Shown: piece by piece, positions 57,902-64,000 of the stretch
Position numbering within the stretch: position 1 is the first letter of the stretch
How the letters are laid out: every line of letters starts with the position of its first letter
Assembly (NCBI GenBank): GCA_965601515.1
Contig: CBFCWN010000006.1
Span: forward strand, 2,372-66,371
Source: an uncultured Myxococcales bacterium
GTDB lineage: Bacteria; Myxococcota_A; Polyangia; Polyangiales; Houyiibacteriaceae
DNA length: 64,000 bases
Reading direction: 5' to 3'
Translations under genes and position numbers: made by a program
Notes under the pieces: generated by a model
Database searches by the model: none
The model's input: only the letters and a program-made list of their open reading frames with translations
What the model was told of the DNA's origin: nothing

Positions 57902-60058
57902 CTACTGCTGCATCGGTACTCGCAGGTCTACACGCCGAAGCAGGCGCGAGCCAGCCCGGAGCGTCCAGACCTCGATTCCGATCGCCAGCGCGATCGCCAA
58001 CGGAGGGGTCAACCAGCCAAGCCAGGCCCCTGCCGACACGACGGCCCCAAGGACGAGGGTCGCGAGCAGGGCGCGTCCGACCGATCGTCTCGCGGCGTGC
58101 GCGATCCAGAGGGCGTCGGCCGCATCTCGAACGTCGCGACCTGCTGCGACGACGCCGCGCTGCTCGGTGGCGGTCCCTACCAGGCGTATGGATACCGGAA
58201 CATCCGCCGCAGCCAGAACAGCATCATCTTCGCCGCCGCGTCCGATCGCTGCGGTGACGCCCCCCGTCTCTTTCAGGGCCCGAACTTCGAGCGCTCGCTC
58301 TTTTGGAAGCAACGGGGCCTTTACACGCGAGGCTCCCAGCTGCTGCGCGATTCGCTCGACGGTGCGTCGGTCGTCGCCAGAGAGAATGACGACTTCGCTT
58401 GGCAGCTCGGCGAGGCGGCGAACCGCGTCGGGCGCTCCGACGTGGGTGGGGTCCAGCACGGCAAGCAGCGCTTCGAGGCTGCCGTCGACGGCGACGAAGA
58501 TCGGAGTGAGGCCCTCGTTTTCGATATGCTTTGCTTCTTCGTCGGCTGCGGCGACGCTGACGCCTTCGTTGAGCAGCAGCTGCCGCCGACCGACAGCCAC
58601 GGAGCGGCCGCCCCTGCTGATTGCGGTGATACCGAGCCCCGCGTGATGTCGCTCTTTGCGCAGCGCCGCCTCGGCGATGCCGTGCTCTTCCGCGTATCGC
58701 AGGATCGCGCGCGCGATCGGATGCTCGGGCGTGATCCGCTCGGCCGCGGCGGCCAACCCGACAGCGTATTCGACGTCGGTGCTTCCAAGGGTCTGAACCT
58801 GCTGCACGACCGGTTCGCCTGCGGTCAGCGCCCCACGAAGCAGAATCGCAGTCGTTTGAACACGCCCCGCGTCGAGAAGTGCGGCTTCGTCACCGAAGAA
58901 CATCCCCCGCCTCGCCGCCGACAGAGCGGCCGAGTCCAGCGGCGTATCGATCGCCGCGACGAGCGCCAAGGCGGGGAGGCCGAGAAGCAGCACGCCTGCG
59001 TTGGCGACGCCTGCGGTGGCCGCGCACACGACCGCCGCAGCGACGAACGGAACCCATCCCCACTGAGCGAGAAGCCGCCGCGCGCGAGCGAGGCCAGAGG
59101 AGCCCGGCGCGCGCTCGACTTTGAGCCGTAGCATGTGCGCAAGGGTCCGATTCCGACCGGTTCGCTGAGCTCGAACGGTGAGCGCTCCTTCTGTCACCTG
59201 CGTGCCGGCCAAAAGAAAGTCGCCAACGGCGGCTCGGGCGGGTCTCGGTGCGCGTGGGTAGAGGAGGGCGATGCCGTCGCCACCCTCGATCACCCCGTCT
59301 GCCGGAAGGCGCTCGCCTTCGAGGACCACCGTCACATCGCCCGGCTCGAGGGCGGAGGCCGGCACTTCCTCGTAGGAGGTGCCACCCACGCTCGGAACGC
59401 GCGCCCACGTCGGAAGGGCGGACTCGAGGTCACGACCCGTGCGCTCGAGGGACCTGTGGGCCCACGCCTGAATCGGAGCGCGGAGCGAGAGAAGGATTGC
59501 GGATAGCGCACAGGCGAGAAGCGCCCAGCGCTGGTCTTCAGGCGCTGCACCGAGGAGGACACCCAGCGTCGCAAGCGCGAGTCCGACGGGCGCCAGCCAT
59601 CGAAGGGGCGGAGCGGCTCGGATTGCGCCAAGGCTCGTTTGGGCATTCGCGCCCGCACAGAGGAGCACCACAAAGGCCCCGAGCCACCCCACCTCACGGG
59701 AATCGCTGAGGCCGATGAGAGCCAGCGCAAGGGCGCCAAGCCCGAGCGCCACCAAGGAATCGCGCCGAGGGACACCGGCACGATCGAGCGTTTCTGCGAT
59801 CGGGAGGTCTCGGACTTGGGTTGCCTCCCGAACGAGCTCGGGAATCGAGGGTCGTGGCGCAGTCGGGGTCGGAGTTGGAGCCGACGCTCGAGCGTCGAAC
59901 GAGCGTTCTCCCCGCGCAAAGCGCTCCCGACAGCGCTCGCCGCAGAGGAACCGAGGGCCGTCCTCGAGCCATACCACCCGAGCCGCTCGGATCGGATCGA
60001 CGTCGGTGCCGCACGCGGGGCATGGAACGAGGCCGAACTGCGGCCGTTCGGGGAGCAT
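57902..60058 (-). CDS. P1B-type (heavy-metal) ATPase homolog with degenerate catalytic motifs and an N-terminal TRASH-like Cys4 domain
   Basis: Collinear with CopA-type ATPases, but TGE, CPC, DKTGT and GDGxND are all replaced (see findings). The HP dipeptide (EHPIARAI) is retained. N-terminal CPAC-x22-CGERC. Confidence 0.8.
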   Translation of the reverse strand: MLPERPQFGLVPCPACGTDVDPIRAARVVWLEDGPRFLCGERCRERFARGERSFDARASAPTPTPTAPRPSIPELVREATQVRDLPIAETLDRAGVPRRDSLVALGLGALALALIGLSDSREVGWLGAFVVLLCAGANAQTSLGAIRAAPPLRWLAPVGLALATLGVLLGAAPEDQRWALLACALSAILLSLRAPIQAWAHRSLERTGRDLESALPTWARVPSVGGTSYEEVPASALEPGDVTVVLEGERLPADGVIEGGDGIALLYPRAPRPARAAVGDFLLAGTQVTEGALTVRAQRTGRNRTLAHMLRLKVERAPGSSGLARARRLLAQWGWVPFVAAAVVCAATAGVANAGVLLLGLPALALVAAIDTPLDSAALSAARRGMFFGDEAALLDAGRVQTTAILLRGALTAGEPVVQQVQTLGSTDVEYAVGLAAAAERITPEHPIARAILRYAEEHGIAEAALRKERHHAGLGITAISRGGRSVAVGRRQLLLNEGVSVAAADEEAKHIENEGLTPIFVAVDGSLEALLAVLDPTHVGAPDAVRRLAELPSEVVILSGDDRRTVERIAQQLGASRVKAPLLPKERALEVRALKETGGVTAAIGRGGEDDAVLAAADVPVSIRLVGTATEQRGVVAAGRDVRDAADALWIAHAARRSVGRALLATLVLGAVVSAGAWLGWLTPPLAIALAIGIEVWTLRAGSRLLRRVDLRVPMQQ

Positions 60059-60122
60059 CGGACGCTCCTACGAGGAATCGACAGCAGGTCAAGGACGCGG
60101 TAAGGGACCGCGCGGAGGTCAC

Positions 60123-61514
60123 ATGACGACGCGTGTAGAAACCGACTCGATGGGCCCTGTCGAGGTGCCTGCGGACAAGTACTACGGCGCCCAGACGATG
60201 CGCTCTCGGATGAACTTCCGGATCGGCCAAGAGACCATGCCGATCGAGATCGTTCGGGCATTCGGAATTCTCAAGAAGGCCGCAGCGATCACCAACAACG
60301 AGCTCGGCAACCTCGAGGACGACATCTGCGACCTCATCGTGCAGGCTGCGGACGAAGTCATCGAGGGGAAGCTCGACGATCACTTCCCGCTGGTCGTCTG
60401 GCAGACGGGCTCGGGCACTCAGTCCAACATGAACGTCAACGAGGTCATTGCGAATCGCGGCATCGAAATCGCCGGCGGCGAAATCGGAAGCAAGAGCCCG
60501 GTCCACCCGAACGATCACGTCAACCGTTCGCAGTCGTCGAACGACACGTTTCCGACGGCGATGCACATCGCGGCGGTCATCGCGATCGACGAGATGGTTC
60601 CGAAGGTCCAAACCCTTCGAGACACCCTCGACGCGAAGTCCAAAGCCTTCGCAGACATCGTGAAGATCGGCCGAACGCATCTCCAAGACGCGACACCTCT
60701 GACGCTCGGCCAAGAGATCAGCGGGTGGGTTTCGCAGCTCGACCACGGGCTCGCGGCGGTGGAGGCCACCATGCCTCAGCTGCGCGAGCTCGCACTCGGC
60801 GGCACGGCCGTGGGTACGGGCCTCAACACGCATCCGAAGTACGCGACCGAGGTCGCCGCGAAGATCAGCGAACTCAGCGGAAAGGACTTCGTGTCCGCGC
60901 CGAACAAGTTCGCCGCGCTTGCCGCTCACGATGCCTTCGTCGGGACGAGCGGCGCGCTCAGGCAGCTCGCGGTCGCACTGATGAAGATCGCGAACGACGT
61001 TCGCTGGCTGTCGTCGGGGCCGCGTTCGGGCATTGGAGAGATTCGCATTCCGGAAAACGAGCCGGGCAGTTCCATCATGCCGGGCAAGGTCAACCCCACG
61101 CAGTGCGAAGCCATGACGATGGTCTGCACGCAGGTGATGGGGAACGACGTGACGATCGGAATCGCTGGCTCTCAGGGGAACTTCGAGCTCAACGTCTACA
61201 AGCCGGTGATGGCGTACAACCTGCTTCAGTCCGTGCGCCTGATCGGCGATGCGTGCCAGAGCTTCAACGACAATTGCGCCGTGGGCATCGAGCCGAATCG
61301 GGAGACGATCGACGACAAGCTCCGGCGCTCGCTGATGCTCGTGACGGCCCTGAACCCGATCTGCGGGTACGACAACGCAGCGAAGATCGCAAAGCACGCG
61401 TACAAGAACAACACGACGCTTCGCGAGGCGGCGGTCGAGCTCGGACTTTTGACCGGCGAGGAGTTCGACGCGGCCATCAAGCCCGAGGAGATGGTCGGAC
61501 CGCTCAAAATATGA
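60123..61514 (+). CDS. fumC: Class II fumarate hydratase
   Basis: [18 protein letters not shown] start and the signature [19 protein letters not shown] at 60123 within the track ORF from 59715. Confidence 0.95.
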   Translation: MTTRVETDSMGPVEVPADKYYGAQTMRSRMNFRIGQETMPIEIVRAFGILKKAAAITNNELGNLEDDICDLIVQAADEVIEGKLDDHFPLVVWQTGSGTQSNMNVNEVIANRGIEIAGGEIGSKSPVHPNDHVNRSQSSNDTFPTAMHIAAVIAIDEMVPKVQTLRDTLDAKSKAFADIVKIGRTHLQDATPLTLGQEISGWVSQLDHGLAAVEATMPQLRELALGGTAVGTGLNTHPKYATEVAAKISELSGKDFVSAPNKFAALAAHDAFVGTSGALRQLAVALMKIANDVRWLSSGPRSGIGEIRIPENEPGSSIMPGKVNPTQCEAMTMVCTQVMGNDVTIGIAGSQGNFELNVYKPVMAYNLLQSVRLIGDACQSFNDNCAVGIEPNRETIDDKLRRSLMLVTALNPICGYDNAAKIAKHAYKNNTTLREAAVELGLLTGEEFDAAIKPEEMVGPLKI

Positions 61515-62644
61515 GCGTCGAAATCAAACAGCATCAGCCGGGCAAAGACCTGGATGATTTTCTCGAGGTCGCAGAGACGGTCTACGCGAACGACCCGGCG
61601 TGGATTCCCCCGCTCCGGATGGAGATCACCGATCGGCTCACGCCCGGTAAGAACCCGTTTTTCGAACACGCGGAAGTGGCGCTCTTCACGGCGTGGAAGG
61701 ACGGAAAGGCGGTCGGCCGCATCTCCGCTCAAATCGATCACGAGCACCTCCGCGTCCACGATGACAACGCCGGCTTCTTCGGCTTCTTCGACACGGTCGA
61801 CGATCCCGAGGTGGCGACAGCGTTGATCGACACGGCGGCGAGTTGGCTCTCCGAGCGTGGGATGTCGGTGATGCGCGGTCCGTACTCGCTCTCCTTGAAC
61901 GAGGAGTCCGGCATGCTGGTTGAGGGCTTCGAGAACCCGCCTGTGATCATGTGCCCGCACCACCGACCGTACCAAGCGGAGCTCGCGGAACGGGCAGGCC
62001 TCCACAAAGTCAAGGACTGCTACGGCTGGCGCTATGACGTGACGGACCCGAACGCGCGGACGCAGCGCGCATGGGAGGCGATTGCGGCGTTGCCGGAGGT
62101 AAAGTATCGAACGGTCAACAAACGCAAACTGAACACACAGGTGTTCGACATCCTCGACGTCTTCAACGACGCTTGGCAGCACAACTGGGGCTTCGTCCCG
62201 GCGACCGACACCGAGGCCAAGAAGATGGCCGCCGACCTCAAGCTCATCTTGAACGACCTTTCGTTTTTTGCGGAGATTGATGGGCAGCCTGTGGCGATTT
62301 GTGTTTGCCCGCCGAACCTGAACGAGGTCGTGCGCGATTTTGGCGGGAAGCTCACCCCTGTGACCGTCGGAAAGCTCATCTGGCGACTCAAGGTACGGGA
62401 GCCGAAGTCGGCTCGGCTCATGCTGCTCGGCATCCGCACCGAGCTTCGAGGGAAGAAGCGCTACGCTCCCCTTGCGCTCGCGATGATCGGCGAGCTCATT
62501 CGTCGGGGACTGCGCCTCGGCTACGAATGGGCGGAGCTCGGCTGGACGCTCGAGGACAACCGCCTGATCAACGCGGCGATCAAGAGCGTGGGCGGCTACG
62601 TCTACAAGCGGTATCGCATCTTCGAAAAGCCGCTGGGCGCTTAG
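61511..62644 (+). CDS. Uncharacterised protein of about 377 aa, GNAT-like N-acetyltransferase family
   Basis: The ATG overlaps the fumC stop (ATGA). The N-terminus [27 protein letters not shown]...FFEHAE recalls a widespread family usually annotated as N-acetyltransferase. Assigned from memory only. Confidence 0.55.
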   Translation: MSVEIKQHQPGKDLDDFLEVAETVYANDPAWIPPLRMEITDRLTPGKNPFFEHAEVALFTAWKDGKAVGRISAQIDHEHLRVHDDNAGFFGFFDTVDDPEVATALIDTAASWLSERGMSVMRGPYSLSLNEESGMLVEGFENPPVIMCPHHRPYQAELAERAGLHKVKDCYGWRYDVTDPNARTQRAWEAIAALPEVKYRTVNKRKLNTQVFDILDVFNDAWQHNWGFVPATDTEAKKMAADLKLILNDLSFFAEIDGQPVAICVCPPNLNEVVRDFGGKLTPVTVGKLIWRLKVREPKSARLMLLGIRTELRGKKRYAPLALAMIGELIRRGLRLGYEWAELGWTLEDNRLINAAIKSVGGYVYKRYRIFEKPLGA

Positions 62645-64000
62645 GGCTCGGCCACCAGCGTCTCGCCGTCGGTACGGAGGATGAGCCCTCCACGGACGTC
62701 GGTCCGCCAGACTTGCGCGCCCACCGTCCGTAGGCGCTCGAGCACCTCGGGGGCCGGGTGCCCGTAGCGGTTGCCGGCGCCGCTGCTCACGACCGCCCAC
62801 CGAGGCGCGGCGGCCTCGACAAAGCCAGCCGTGGAAGACGTTCGCGAGCCATGGTGGGGGACCTTGAGGACGTCGACCGGCTGGACGCGACCTGAGTCGA
62901 CCAGCTGTCGCTCGGCGGACGCTTCGACGTCGCCGGTGAAGAGAAACCGGACCGAGCCGTACCTCAGCGTCACCACGAGCGAGTTGTCGTTGAGGTCGAA
63001 GCCCGGGTCGTAGCGAGGGCAAGGCCAGACTACCCTGAGCTCGGCGCCGGCGAATTCCTGAGCATTCTTGCAAAGTTCAGGCGCAAACCGAACGCGAGTT
63101 CCAAGACGCAGCGCACGATTGACGGTGCGCTCGAAGCTCGCGCCCCTCGCTTCGACGAGGTGCTGCCCGTTCAGCCACAGCTCCTCGACCGCGACCTCGC
63201 TCAGGAGCGCGTCGAGGCCACCCATGTGGTCGGGGTGGCCGTGGGTCAGGATCAGGAGGTCGATCCGGGAGCGGCGTCGGGCGGCCAGGAGGCGGCGGAG
63301 TTCTCGAGTCGCCGGGTGCCGTCCGCCCTGGCCGGTGTCGATCATCGCAAGGCGGCCATCTGGAAGGTCGATCAGCGCGGCATCGCCCTGGCCGACGTCG
63401 ACGAAGGTCACCCGGAGCCCATCGGTCGGCTGCTCCCGGGCGACCAGCGCAGCGTCTGCGAGCAGCCAGAGCGCGCTCGCCGCGATTGCGCTTGCCGCCC
63501 GGGCCCGCCACGAGGGCACGCGAAGGAGCGCCCCGCATGCGGCGATCACGATCAGGCCCTGAGTCGCGTCGAGGGGAGGAAGACGCTGGGCGACGGCCAG
63601 GACCGAGAGCCGGTCGCAGATTCCGAGGAGCAGGCTCACCGACCACTCGAGTGCGGTCGTGAGCGGTCTCGCGGCCACGGGCAGCCACGACGAGAATGCA
63701 ACGCCGTGGGCGAGAGGGATGACGACGAGGCTTCCGATCGGGAGCACCACGATGTTGGCGACCCACCCGATCAGCGGCACGCCGCCGAACCACCACCAGA
63801 CCATCGGGGCAGTCGCCACGAGCGTCCGCGCGCTGATGGTCGCGGCGCTCTTCAGTCGGCGACCCCGGCCACGCACGCGCGGCGCACTCAGGATTGCGGA
63901 GGTCGACACGATGGAGAGTAAGAACGCCGGCCGAAGAGCCATCGTGGGGTCGGGCCCCGACAAGAGAAGCACCACCGCCGCCGCAACCGGGATCGGTGAC
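62641..64000 (-). CDS. comEC: ComEC/Rec2 family DNA internalisation protein, C-terminal part (5' end lies outside the window)
   Basis: C-terminal metallo-beta-lactamase domain (VTFVDVGQGDAALI, LILTHGHPDHMGG) preceded by TM segments. The frame stays open upstream of the GTG at 63975 to the window edge. Confidence 0.85.
   Translation of the reverse strand, partial: SPIPVAAAVVLLLSGPDPTMALRPAFLLSIVSTSAILSAPRVRGRGRRLKSAATISARTLVATAPMVWWWFGGVPLIGWVANIVVLPIGSLVVIPLAHGVAFSSWLPVAARPLTTALEWSVSLLLGICDRLSVLAVAQRLPPLDATQGLIVIAACGALLRVPSWRARAASAIAASALWLLADAALVAREQPTDGLRVTFVDVGQGDAALIDLPDGRLAMIDTGQGGRHPATRELRRLLAARRRSRIDLLILTHGHPDHMGGLDALLSEVAVEELWLNGQHLVEARGASFERTVNRALRLGTRVRFAPELCKNAQEFAGAELRVVWPCPRYDPGFDLNDNSLVVTLRYGSVRFLFTGDVEASAERQLVDSGRVQPVDVLKVPHHGSRTSSTAGFVEAAAPRWAVVSSGAGNRYGHPAPEVLERLRTVGAQVWRTDVRGGLILRTDGETLVAEP

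Noticed and set aside
59694-63073. Minus-strand ORFs 59694..61397 and 61226..63073 opposite fumC and the GNAT-like gene
   Set aside because: Shadow ORFs. The fumC signature [16 protein letters not shown] fixes the coding strand.
1-64000. CRISPR arrays, tRNA/rRNA genes, IS elements, integrases, prophage or defence islands
   Set aside because: I scanned all intergenic gaps of 40 nt or more and the ORF track. I found no direct-repeat/spacer arrays, cloverleaf-sized gaps with tRNA features, transposase or recombinase motifs, or compositionally deviant islands.

Overview
This is a 64-kb, high-GC (about two-thirds G+C by eye), very gene-dense chromosomal segment. I call about 55 protein-coding genes on both strands, with frequent strand switches.

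The content is overwhelmingly housekeeping:
- Replication and repair: dnaE, a mutH-like nuclease, ruvX.
- Proline synthesis: proB, proA.
- Ribosome, tRNA and translation: rsfS, rlmH, smpB, trmL, gatC/A/B.
- Amino-acid metabolism: thrC, lysA, argH, mtnA, a homocysteine S-methyltransferase.
- Lipoate, lipid and beta-oxidation: lipB, lpd, thiolase, 3-hydroxyacyl-CoA dehydrogenase/enoyl-CoA hydratase, KAS III, a PlsC-like acyltransferase.
- TCA cycle: fumC.
- Signalling: two histidine kinases, a REC-GGDEF protein, a TPR/dual-cNMP protein, a UbiB-type kinase.
- Pilus and DNA uptake: prepilin peptidase, ComF, ComEC.

The RRM protein, the Cys-rich repeat lipoprotein, the many Arg/Ala/Pro-rich shadow ORFs and the tight gene packing suggest a Myxococcota-like organism. 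That is inference only.

I saw no rRNA, tRNA, tmRNA, CRISPR array, transposase, integrase or prophage genes. I did not find a self-contained, obviously novel multi-gene system.

The most unusual items are:
1. An intact MutH-type endonuclease gene starting 2 nt after the dnaE stop.
2. A full-length P1B-type ATPase homolog with a TRASH-like Cys4 N-terminus that has lost every catalytic signature I checked (TGE, CPC, DKTGT, GDGxND).
3. A roughly 69-nt intergenic repeat unit present three times, once solo and once as a 155-nt REPIN-like inverted pair between convergent genes.
4. A gatCA operon extended by a kinase-fold gene and separated from gatB by an antisense diguanylate cyclase.
5. A P-loop/DUF697-like protein with a Walker A Lys-to-Arg change, placed back-to-back with an unknown gene upstream of a fused radical SAM protein.

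All homology statements come from motif recognition and remembered reference sequences. No database search was run.
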